Positions 36,507 through 44,683 of a stretch of DNA of 55,489 nucleotides are shown here, piece by piece (position 1 is the first letter of the stretch; each line of letters opens with the position of its first letter). Origin of the DNA: a virus (lineage: Duplodnaviria > Caudoviricetes). A program made the position numbers and the translations under genes. The stretch lies in the IMG/VR virus record IMGVR_UViG_3300030106_004677, positions 1 through 55,489 of that record. The stretch is one strand, 5' to 3'. The notes under the pieces were generated by a model. That model was not told where the DNA came from. It did not search any database and saw only the letters and a list, made by a program, of their open reading frames with translations.

Positions 36507-37188
36507 CTGGTTTTCCCTCCGCGTAGAGGTTGTCGAACACTTGGTTTACATCCAACGTGTAGTCTAGGTCGGATTTGGAATAATGAATATGCTGAGATGG
36601 CTTAAATTCAGGCGCTCCGCTACCCGTTTCAAACCACGCCGGATGCGTAACCCGGACACGATTGTTTGGCAGCGCGACAATATTTCCCGTCCAAGGTCCA
36701 GCATCAAGTAGCTCCAAAACGTGCGACTGTTTGTGCTGAGCCGGGTCATCCGCAATCTCATTTTCAGCATAGTCAACCGTAAAATAGTACCTCGCCGGAT
36801 ACATCTCTCCATCAATCTTTGCCAGCCACGGGCACGGTGTTGCGCGATCCAAAACGTAGACCGCATGGTTATGGCTAGAACAATCCCAAGGCTGTGCAGC
36901 CCAAACCGGCATTGGCTCCGGCCAATCTTCCAACGGCGTATCGCCCACCAACGCAGTGATTGGCATGCGTGCCCACATCGCTCCGCCAAGGACGTTTTCT
37001 TCATCGTCGTCATCGTAGGTCTCAGCGCCAGTAAAAATAAGCTGGAAGCTTAAACACCTCGTCGGCATTGTCGTGACAGCGATAGCCATCGCGTGGACAA
37101 ACTCGCCGTGAAATTGCTCGTGGTTGTGCGTGTACTCCTTTCTCACCCAGCACTTAAAGTGCGGGATGTTCGACTGCAAATACGCCAC
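36487..37188 (-). CDS. Hypothetical phage protein (233 aa)
   Basis: Well-formed ORF in the structural run. Confidence 0.7.
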   Translation of the reverse strand: MAYLQSNIPHFKCWVRKEYTHNHEQFHGEFVHAMAIAVTTMPTRCLSFQLIFTGAETYDDDDEENVLGGAMWARMPITALVGDTPLEDWPEPMPVWAAQPWDCSSHNHAVYVLDRATPCPWLAKIDGEMYPARYYFTVDYAENEIADDPAQHKQSHVLELLDAGPWTGNIVALPNNRVRVTHPAWFETGSGAPEFKPSQHIHYSKSDLDYTLDVNQVFDNLYAEGKPDGGKRK

Positions 37189-37604
37189 TACCTACCGTAA
37201 AGCCCAGTGTTTTTTCTGCGAGGCGGCGTAAATTTTTTGCCGCCTTTGGCTGCGCCTTTTGTTTTCATGGCGCCGCCCTTGGCGTAACCTTTTGTCTTCA
37301 TAGCTCCGCCGCTGGCGTAGCCTTTTGTTTTTTTCTTCACAGACCCTCCGGTTGCTGCAAATGTCGATACGTTAGTCGGTTTGCCTCCGACCCCCTGCTT
37401 CTTGGCTCGCTTTCTCTTAACCGCAGAATCAATCTGCGATTTTGACATTTTGTTAGCCTTGGCTGCCGGCACACATTTCGGGTAGCCACGCTCAGATTTT
37501 TTTGCACTGCTGCGCCCGCATGCCTTAAACCCACCGCCTTTCTTGGGTGCGGAAATATCAACCCAGTCCTCCGAAAACCACTTTTTGAGGCCTTCCCTAG
37601 CCAC
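37188..37604 (-). CDS. Small highly basic protein
   Basis: GTG start overlapping the upstream gene; Lys-rich with KTKGYAxGGAM repeats. Confidence 0.65.
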   Translation of the reverse strand: MAREGLKKWFSEDWVDISAPKKGGGFKACGRSSAKKSERGYPKCVPAAKANKMSKSQIDSAVKRKRAKKQGVGGKPTNVSTFAATGGSVKKKTKGYASGGAMKTKGYAKGGAMKTKGAAKGGKKFTPPRRKNTGLYGR

Positions 37605-37848
37605 GAGGCACTCGCGTCTTTTTTTGTTTGGCGGGCATAATCGCGCCACAACCGCGCGCTTGAATTTCAACCGACCCGCCCAAGTTCATTTTCTTGCCTT
37701 TATATTTGCCGCCCATGTTTTTGTACTCTCGCACCATATAGGCATTGGCGTAGGCCGAAGGGTAAACGTCAAATTTTCGCTTAGCCTTAGCTTTCGCCTT
37801 GGCGTACAAGGCCGGGTTCGCCACATTGTCGGGAGCTTTAGCCATCAA
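37597..37848 (-). CDS. Small basic protein
   Basis: KRKFDVYPSAYANAYMVREYKNMGGKY. Confidence 0.7.
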   Translation of the reverse strand: MMAKAPDNVANPALYAKAKAKAKRKFDVYPSAYANAYMVREYKNMGGKYKGKKMNLGGSVEIQARGCGAIMPAKQKKTRVPRG

Positions 37849-39149
37849 AAATACATTCCTTGTCCGCCCCGGCCGCCCCGACCGCCCCGGCCAACATCTC
37901 GCTCGACAACGGTTCTTCGCGACGGCGTTGCGCGAACCGTCTCTGGCAAGAATGCTTCAGCCTCTTCGGGCAAAGGGGTAAACAACATTGTTTCGGCCGG
38001 AAGAGTTACGTCAATCGAGCTTGAGGTCGGACCACCGAAGCTTATTGCATTCGGCTCGGTTGCGGCCGGCTGGGTTGCGGCCGACTGAGCGGCAAGCGAA
38101 TGCATAAGGGGCTCTTGCCCAGTGTATTGGTCGAACGGGTCCATCCCAAAATCAAAACCGGTTCCCGGCGCGCCAATTGAATTTAAGATTTCATCCGCAG
38201 ACATCGTCGTGTAATCCACAGGGTCTGGAGTAGGGGCAGGATCAGGAGTAGGGGTAGGGGCAGGATCGGGAGCAGGGGCAGGATCGGGAGCAGGAGCAGG
38301 TTCAGCGGGCGCGGCCTCCACCGCGTCCAATCTGGAAATAACGTCAGCAATTTGCTGCTCTAGTGGACTCAAATCTTGAGCCCTGTCCTGCGTAATGCTA
38401 CTGCGGAGACCTTCCAAGTCGGGGGCGTCTGGAATCAAGCCCATCAATTCAGCTCGCAACCCTTCCAAGTCAGGGGCGTCTGGAATCAGGCCCATCAGCT
38501 CAGCCCGCAATGCCTCGATGTCGGGCATATCTGGAATCAGCCCTTTAAGCTCTTCGCGCAAACTGTCAATCATGGATTGCAGTTCAACAGAGTCGTCAGG
38601 AAGGTCAGCTATTATCTGGGCGACTAAAGCCTCTTGATCCGGCATCGCCTCGATCAGATCTTGGCGAAGCTCCTCCTTGAGCAGATCAGGGTCAATGTCT
38701 GTCGGCTCAGGTATGCCGGCAAGAATTTCTTTCCGCAAATCCTCTTTCAGCAAATCAGGATCGATAGCGGGGCCAATCAACGCCTCTACGCGAGCGATCT
38801 CGTTTGCAATCCTCTTGACTTCCTCATCTGCCCCGCGCTGATCTTCATATGAAGCTTTCTTAGCATCTTCAAATTGTTTGACGAGGCTCTGATACTGATT
38901 TTCAAGCCCCTCGTAGTCCATTTGGACCGAACTCATGGCCTGATCAAGATCCCTGTCCCGAAACGCTTGGAGGGGATCATCCGGCCGAGCGCCCCGATTA
39001 AACGCCGGCCGGTTTAACAGATACTCCGCTTGGCCCTTGTAAGGACTGACGTAATCCGGCTCATCGACCGTAATTCCCATCGGCATCCGGCGAAAAGGGT
39101 TGAACTTAAACGGATTGAACTCAGCCACCGGTCTACTCCTAACTACCAC
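37845..39149 (-). CDS. Acidic protein with 15-aa repeats and a Pro-rich linker
   Basis: PDAPDLEGLRAELMGLI repeats (45-bp units) and PAPDPAPT repeats. Confidence 0.65.
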   Translation of the reverse strand: MVVRSRPVAEFNPFKFNPFRRMPMGITVDEPDYVSPYKGQAEYLLNRPAFNRGARPDDPLQAFRDRDLDQAMSSVQMDYEGLENQYQSLVKQFEDAKKASYEDQRGADEEVKRIANEIARVEALIGPAIDPDLLKEDLRKEILAGIPEPTDIDPDLLKEELRQDLIEAMPDQEALVAQIIADLPDDSVELQSMIDSLREELKGLIPDMPDIEALRAELMGLIPDAPDLEGLRAELMGLIPDAPDLEGLRSSITQDRAQDLSPLEQQIADVISRLDAVEAAPAEPAPAPDPAPAPDPAPTPTPDPAPTPDPVDYTTMSADEILNSIGAPGTGFDFGMDPFDQYTGQEPLMHSLAAQSAATQPAATEPNAISFGGPTSSSIDVTLPAETMLFTPLPEEAEAFLPETVRATPSRRTVVERDVGRGGRGGRGGQGMYF

Positions 39150-39439
39150 TTCACCTTGTTTGCCCAGTATGCGGCGCTCATTTTGCCTTTTGCAATATTC
39201 TTACCATGACGGGCCTTGAAGCTGGCCCGTTTCTTCTTCATCTTTTCAGACTCACCCTTCTTCGGCTTACCGGCAGTGCTTGCGCCCTGCTCACCAAAAC
39301 GAATTAGTTTTAGCTTATGTCCTTCCTGCGCTAAAACCATGTGAGACTTTTTTGGATGCTTCGGAGTACGCTTAGGCTTATTTACCCCAGATAGCCCATG
39401 TTTTTTCAGCATATTTGCTCTGCGTGTTTCATGTGCCAT
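39143..39439 (-). CDS. Small basic protein
   Basis: KLIRFGEQG...RASFKARH...SAAYWANKVKW. Confidence 0.72.
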   Translation of the reverse strand: MAHETRRANMLKKHGLSGVNKPKRTPKHPKKSHMVLAQEGHKLKLIRFGEQGASTAGKPKKGESEKMKKKRASFKARHGKNIAKGKMSAAYWANKVKW

Positions 39440-39496
39440 ATGCGTGCTTAACCCATCATCATCGGATCAACTTCTTAACGTCCTTAGTTGTCGGCA

Positions 39497-39898
39497 TCAA
39501 TAAGCCTTGATCAACTCCAGCACGATCATGTACGTGTCGCCTGATCCCGCGCCCACAGTCGTAAAATCAAGGTCACCCGTCACGCCGCTGCCGGCGTTAT
39601 TGGGTATCCCTGAAAAATCGCTGTAGTCGTGGTGACCGGTGCTGTCCTCTGACAGACCGATAGCCAACACGTTACTGGTCGCGTCAAACTCAATTTTTAC
39701 GCTCATGCCCGTACACTGCCACCAAATTTTGTTGATGGTGACCCCGGTGCATGTATCGCCGGCGCTGTTAGCCGCGAGCGCAGAAACGTCAACTTTTTTT
39801 ACAGCAGACTCACCGGAGCCGTCAGAGGCGTTGGTGAACTTCAGGACGGCTTTTCGTTCGCCGTCCTGAATTGTCTGGCTAGTTACGGCGTCAGCCAT
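39497..39898 (-). CDS. Virion structural protein (133 aa)
   Basis: Beta-rich; shortly downstream of the capsid gene. Confidence 0.65.
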   Translation of the reverse strand: MADAVTSQTIQDGERKAVLKFTNASDGSGESAVKKVDVSALAANSAGDTCTGVTINKIWWQCTGMSVKIEFDATSNVLAIGLSEDSTGHHDYSDFSGIPNNAGSGVTGDLDFTTVGAGSGDTYMIVLELIKAY

Positions 39899-39912
39899 AA
39901 GTCACCTCTCTA

Positions 39913-40419
39913 TTAAGCGTCGGCAAACGGCGTTACGAGCGTGCCAGAACCGAGAGTCAACCCCTCGACAGCGTATTTTGCGCTGGCAATCGCTGTGACA
40001 CGAATAATTGAGCCGGCGATCCCGCCTTTAGTGCTGCCGTTCAAAGTGATCACGTCATTTGACGCGCCACTGATAAACGTCTTGCCCGTGGCGTCGCTGA
40101 CGCCGGTGTAGATGCCTCCGACGAATTTGTCGGTGCCGTCCGTCAAGATGTCCATGTCCGTTGCGGCAGTCACGACCACAAACGTAAATGAAGCCCCCAG
40201 ATTGTTTAGCTGGTTGGGGTCGTCGTCGCTGTCAGGAGCGGTGGCCACAATGGTGGGCAGCGTAAATTTTCCGTCAGCGTCGTTCGTCAGCAGGGTCTTC
40301 CCCGCGTGAGCAGCTACCGTCAACGTGGTGTCGGCCGTCAGACTGACAACAGCAGCGTTGCCTGCGGAGATGAAGCCGGCCAGAGATTTAACCGGCCCAG
40401 AAAAGGTTGTTTTTGCCAT
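39913..40419 (-). CDS. Virion structural (decoration-like) protein
   Basis: MAKTTFSGPVKS start; T/A/G-rich; first gene after the MCP. Confidence 0.68.
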   Translation of the reverse strand: MAKTTFSGPVKSLAGFISAGNAAVVSLTADTTLTVAAHAGKTLLTNDADGKFTLPTIVATAPDSDDDPNQLNNLGASFTFVVVTAATDMDILTDGTDKFVGGIYTGVSDATGKTFISGASNDVITLNGSTKGGIAGSIIRVTAIASAKYAVEGLTLGSGTLVTPFADA

Positions 40420-40427
40420 GAGTCCCT

Positions 40428-40499
40428 CTTACGAAGAGATTTTGCCGCGCGTCGTCGTAAGCGTCCGCTGGGTCGGTCGCTGCGGCTAAATTTTCCCAG
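40428..40499 (-). ncRNA. Putative pseudoknotted cis RNA element downstream of the capsid gene
   Basis: Three interleaved complementary pairs: 40495-40499/40468-40472, 40478-40486/40444-40451 and 40455-40461/40428-40434. Confidence 0.55.
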
Positions 40500-40532
40500 A
40501 TGTCAAAGGCAGTTTAGCCCAGACGCACACGC

Positions 40533-40559
40533 AAAAAAAAGGGGGCCAACGGCCCCCTC
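40533..40559 (-). terminator. Rho-independent terminator after the MCP gene
   Basis: Minus strand GGGGGCC-GTT-GGCCCCC followed by T8. Confidence 0.85.
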
Positions 40560-40579
40560 TTCCCAAACTCAAAAAGAGT

Positions 40580-41497
40580 TTACGCGCCTTGACTACCGTA
40601 AATACCACGCCAGTCCGACCACCCGAACGAGTAACGCTCGCGAGCCTTATAGCGGATGTTTCCGGTGCTAAAGTCCGGCTCCATGCTGTTCTCCATCGCT
40701 GTGCGCTGGAACATTTTCAGGCCTTCGCCTGTCTCAGTCACCGTTGTCAGCAGGAAGAAAGCATCCGGGTCAGCCAGATAGTGGTTGACCGTATAGCCGC
40801 CGGGCAATACACCCGTGTTGCGGATCGCGTTCACGTCGTTGTCGGCAGTTCCCGGTCGCAGCGTAGAGTTCATGATCCGGTCTGCAACAAAAACGAGTTG
40901 AGGGGGAACGACCAGCTTAGTCGCCTGAACAGAGATCGTAAGACCCTTGTCGTCTGTGAATGTGCTGATGTCGATCAACGCATCTTCCAAAGACGTTTCG
41001 TTCAGGTCGGCCATTGTCGTGGCGCGGTTGGCGGCAGTGCCACCACCAGCCAACGGGTGAGCCGTGTTGATGAGCGACACACCATCGCCGCCGGTGTAGC
41101 TTGAGCTGAATGCATTATTCAGAACGTCTGCACCTTTGACTTCTTTCGTGTTGCTCATCGAGCGGGCTAGGGCCTTCACGTAGCGCTTGCCCAGCGAGTC
41201 GTATAGGTTATCCTCGACGGCCTCATCGGTCAGCGCAAACGCTAACGCAATTGTTTCATGCGTGTAGCGGGCGGTGTAGGACTCAGATGCATTGTCAAAT
41301 ACAACGCCCTGTCCTTCAGTTTTAGTCGGGGCTGAACCGAAACCGGTGATCAGCACCTCCTCTTCAAACGCGCGAGAAGAATCTTCAATTGCGTAGATGT
41401 CTTCGTACTCGCGCTCATAAGAGTCGTAGCTCAAGCCAAACAGGCTGTTCAGGCCGGGCTCAAGTTCTTTCGCGAGTTGTGCTCTACTTATCGCCAT
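40580..41497 (-). CDS. Major capsid protein
   Basis: 305 aa, MAISRAQLAKELEPGLNSLFG...YKARERYSFGWSDWRG; downstream of the scaffold and followed by a terminator. Confidence 0.88.
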   Translation of the reverse strand: MAISRAQLAKELEPGLNSLFGLSYDSYEREYEDIYAIEDSSRAFEEEVLITGFGSAPTKTEGQGVVFDNASESYTARYTHETIALAFALTDEAVEDNLYDSLGKRYVKALARSMSNTKEVKGADVLNNAFSSSYTGGDGVSLINTAHPLAGGGTAANRATTMADLNETSLEDALIDISTFTDDKGLTISVQATKLVVPPQLVFVADRIMNSTLRPGTADNDVNAIRNTGVLPGGYTVNHYLADPDAFFLLTTVTETGEGLKMFQRTAMENSMEPDFSTGNIRYKARERYSFGWSDWRGIYGSQGA

Positions 41498-41512
41498 TTT
41501 TTAAGCCCTCCT

Positions 41513-42100
41513 TTAAGCTAAGCCAGCGCCTTTCACGCCCATAATGTGGTTCTGAATCACCACAAGTACGTTCGTGTTAGCGCTCGCTACGTCTGAGTTA
41601 TCGGGATCTTGGGAAATGTCAATCGCCTTTAACGGCAGCGTTGTTGCTGTCGCGCCAGTCGTGACATCCAGTTCCATGTTGGAACTCCCGGATGAAGTGT
41701 CGCCCGTTGTAGATTGATCGACAATGTCAAAATTGCCAAACAGGTCTGCAACAGGGAACGTGTCGTCGGCTTGAATGCTGAAAACGACATTTGGATCATC
41801 AATCACAAACGCGATGATGTCGTCGGCAACAATAGAGCCGGGGTAGTAATTTTTGTACACCTGCCCACCGGTGGTGGGGTCCGTATATTGGCAGCCGTTG
41901 AAAACGCCTACCACGGGCACAGTTGAAGAAGCCGCTGCGCGCCCAACGACGCCGGCTGTCAACTGCTTGAGCAGATCACCCTGAAAGATCGCGCCGGATG
42001 TGTTCGATGCGATGCGGTAGCGGCTCTGCCCCCCACTATACGGAGCGCCGCCCATCATGCGGGAAGGCCTCAAACCAAACGCGGCATCTTTATTTGCCAT
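41513..42100 (-). CDS. Capsid-associated structural protein (195 aa)
   Basis: MANKDAAFGLRP...; immediately upstream of the MCP. Confidence 0.7.
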   Translation of the reverse strand: MANKDAAFGLRPSRMMGGAPYSGGQSRYRIASNTSGAIFQGDLLKQLTAGVVGRAAASSTVPVVGVFNGCQYTDPTTGGQVYKNYYPGSIVADDIIAFVIDDPNVVFSIQADDTFPVADLFGNFDIVDQSTTGDTSSGSSNMELDVTTGATATTLPLKAIDISQDPDNSDVASANTNVLVVIQNHIMGVKGAGLA

Positions 42101-42119
42101 GAATAGCTTCTCCTAGAGG

Positions 42120-42575
42120 TTAATTTTTGCCAAACGAAACGCGACTGTCTCTGCTAGGTTCGTACCGAACATAACGGCTGTCGCCTCGGGATTCGTTAAA
42201 CATAGTGTTGTCTAGCGCTTCCTTCGCGTCTTGAGCTTTACCGGCGTAGTAATCGGTTCGTTGCTCAACCATCGATGTCGGGATCTTTGCCAACAGCAGA
42301 CCTTCGCAATAAACGACGCCTTCATTTCTACCGCTGTCCATCGTGGGAAGCTGCCATTCAGGCGGCAAGTCGGAGCCACGCACCAACTCAAAACCTTCTC
42401 GGAGACGACGCGAAACATTCGCGCGGTCTTCAGTTCCCATCATGGACTCTCGAATCCACCTATAAGTGAATCCCGGGGGCGGGGGCGGGGCTTCTAAGTC
42501 CCGCTGAGGACGCCAAGTCTTTTCGCGAGCATCTTTATCGTGCGCGTCGCTTTCACGGGTGGATCGGGTTGCCAT
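42120..42575 (-). CDS. Head-module hypothetical protein
   Basis: Start MATRST; PPGFTYRWIRES, GLLLAKIP. Confidence 0.7.
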   Translation of the reverse strand: MATRSTRESDAHDKDAREKTWRPQRDLEAPPPPPGFTYRWIRESMMGTEDRANVSRRLREGFELVRGSDLPPEWQLPTMDSGRNEGVVYCEGLLLAKIPTSMVEQRTDYYAGKAQDAKEALDNTMFNESRGDSRYVRYEPSRDSRVSFGKN

Positions 42576-42580
42576 ATTTT

Positions 42581-43555
42581 CTATGCCTCTCGTTGAGCAA
42601 TTTTCTGTTTTTCCAGTGCCACACGCTTGAGCCAAACTTCCTCACTCATGTTGTGTGGTTTGAGTCGCTGGAGACGTTCCAATTCGCTCTGCGAAAATTT
42701 AACACCACCGTTCCGGCTGCCTCGTGTTTGTGCCCGCCCTCTAGGGGAGGAAGCGACTCTTTGCACGCCGGGTCGCTGTCCATTTTTAGGCTGTTCATCG
42801 GCAGACGATCTGCCAACAATTTCAGGATAAGCTTTTTTCAAGCGCGAATCCAGAGCGCCATAATAATCATCAGAATCCAACTCGTAGCCTTCGCTGACCA
42901 AGCTGTCGTGGATGTGACGAGCGTAAATGGTCGCCTCCCAGTTGTCTTTGTCGTCACGATCTCCAAACCACTGATTCTGTGAGTGCCAGTCCAAGGCCTC
43001 TTCTGTCGGCTCTGGTCGAGCCTGTTCCTGTGCCTGTTGGTCATCCTGTTGATAGGCTTGGTAATTCTCTGGCGCATCTTGCTGCAAAGGCTGCGCTTGC
43101 TGCTGGACCTGCTGGGCGTATTGCGACTTGGCGGTCTTTAACCTCTCTTTTTTGATTGCAATGTCAGTTTTGAGCGAATCGGCCTTGCTCATCAGGCCAG
43201 CATCGTTAGACGATACAGCGCGCTGGTAGATGTCATTGACTTGAGACTCTTGCGCTGCAAGCTTCTGCTCTTCGCTGTCCAACACGGTTTGTTGCTGGGT
43301 CGCCGCATACTGGCGGTATTGCTGAAGCTCGGCTTCTTTTTGGTAAGCCAGTTGCTCAAGTTGCTGCGCGCGCGCCTCAGCCTCTCTGTTCTTCCGGTTT
43401 AGCTTATTGATCCGCTTGCTGACACTTTTAGTGTACCGGTCAAGCTCATCTCCATCTGAAGATTGGGCGGCCTCGGCCGGATCATCAACAATCTCAATGT
43501 TGATCTCTTCCTCTTCAGGTTGAGATTCTGCTGAAGCGTTGTTTTCAATCATCAT
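42581..43555 (-). CDS. Capsid scaffolding protein
   Basis: Coiled-coil, acidic N-terminus, basic C-terminus; between portal and MCP. Confidence 0.7.
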   Translation of the reverse strand: MMIENNASAESQPEEEEINIEIVDDPAEAAQSSDGDELDRYTKSVSKRINKLNRKNREAEARAQQLEQLAYQKEAELQQYRQYAATQQQTVLDSEEQKLAAQESQVNDIYQRAVSSNDAGLMSKADSLKTDIAIKKERLKTAKSQYAQQVQQQAQPLQQDAPENYQAYQQDDQQAQEQARPEPTEEALDWHSQNQWFGDRDDKDNWEATIYARHIHDSLVSEGYELDSDDYYGALDSRLKKAYPEIVGRSSADEQPKNGQRPGVQRVASSPRGRAQTRGSRNGGVKFSQSELERLQRLKPHNMSEEVWLKRVALEKQKIAQREA

Positions 43556-43968
43556 AGGTAGCTCAGGATGTCGTCAGGGTTAAGGATGGTGCCGATGACC
43601 TCGTCGTCGTTAATAATTCTGACTTCGCCGCCGTCTTCCAGCTTAAATCTGGCACCAGCGTAGCGACCGATGAGAACCCACTGCTTCTCTTGACACCACG
43701 CCTCGCCAAACTTTGCTTTGTCGCCGTAGCAGAGCGGTCCCATCTTGACCACGTAAGCCACTACGGTAGCGAGGGCTTCTCGGTCAACGGTTTCCTTTGT
43801 CAGCGCGATACCGCCCTTGCTCAAGCCTTTGCCCGCATAGGGCAAGACAAGCATCCGCCAACCGGACGGGTCCGGCATTCTCTCAATCGCTGATTTTTCG
43901 AGCAGCGTCGGGTCTAGCACCCGTTCATCTGGGGCAACGTAAGCGCCTTCGGCGCCAGCCTGAGTCAT
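43552..43968 (-). CDS. groES: GroES-like co-chaperonin
   Basis: PSGWRMLV...SKGGIAL...VVKMGP...RYAG...RIINDDEVIG. Confidence 0.85.
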   Translation of the reverse strand: MTQAGAEGAYVAPDERVLDPTLLEKSAIERMPDPSGWRMLVLPYAGKGLSKGGIALTKETVDREALATVVAYVVKMGPLCYGDKAKFGEAWCQEKQWVLIGRYAGARFKLEDGGEVRIINDDEVIGTILNPDDILSYL

Positions 43969-44156
43969 GCGTCTGAATCCTTGAAATGCTGCGATATTTC
44001 GCTTTCGATCAAGTTTAGCGCAACCAGCTCGCCCTGCAAACTTTTGTAGTGCTCTATATCTTTTAGCAGTCCGTCCATGAGAGTGCCGCGAATTAGTTCC
44101 CGGCGATCCTCAATGACTTTTTTGATCTTCCCCGCCAGATCAATGTCGTCCATCAA
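43965..44156 (-). CDS. Small hypothetical protein
   Basis: Coupled ORF upstream of groES. Confidence 0.7.
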   Translation of the reverse strand: MMDDIDLAGKIKKVIEDRRELIRGTLMDGLLKDIEHYKSLQGELVALNLIESEISQHFKDSDA

Positions 44157-44377
44157 GCGCGCTCGTAAAAGTCGAGGCCCTTAGTCGCGGCACCGGTGCC
44201 TTTGGTGCGAACTTTTTTCATTTTTACTTTTAGCTGGCCGACCGAGCCGCCATTCTTCATGCCCTTAGCTGTTTTCATGGCAATAGCAACGGCCTGTTTT
44301 TGCGGCTTCCCTTCTTTTTTAAGAGTCTTAATGTTCTTGCTGATCGCTTTCTGGCTTTTTCCTTTCTTGAGCGGCAT
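44153..44377 (-). CDS. Small basic protein
   Basis: MPLKKGKSQKAISKNI...KQAVAIAM; MKNGGSV. Confidence 0.72.
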   Translation of the reverse strand: MPLKKGKSQKAISKNIKTLKKEGKPQKQAVAIAMKTAKGMKNGGSVGQLKVKMKKVRTKGTGAATKGLDFYERA

Positions 44378-44682
44378 TACTTTCTCCTAAAGGGTGATTT
44401 TTTTGACGCCGGCTTTTTTGCTTGCGCTTTGGCTTTGGGCGCAGCTTTGGCCTTGGGCTCAGCTTTAGCCTTGGGCGCAGCTTTGGCCTTGGGTTCAGGA
44501 GTTGCCGGGGCGTCTCCAGACTCAATCCTTTTAAGCTTTTCCGCAATCCTTGCGTCAGAAGCGGCTTTTTGAGCAACGGCTTTTTCCATCGCCATCTGCA
44601 TTGCAGAAGCCTCAGCTTGTCGCTCAAGCTGTTTTATTTTCTTCAGCTCTTTTTGCCGTTCTAAAATATAGCTGGTTGTCAC
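44377..44682 (-). CDS. Small Lys/Ala/Pro-rich protein
   Basis: PKAKAA repeats resembling a histone H1-type tail. Confidence 0.6.
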   Translation of the reverse strand: MTTSYILERQKELKKIKQLERQAEASAMQMAMEKAVAQKAASDARIAEKLKRIESGDAPATPEPKAKAAPKAKAEPKAKAAPKAKAQAKKPASKKSPFRRK

Positions 44683-44683
44683 A

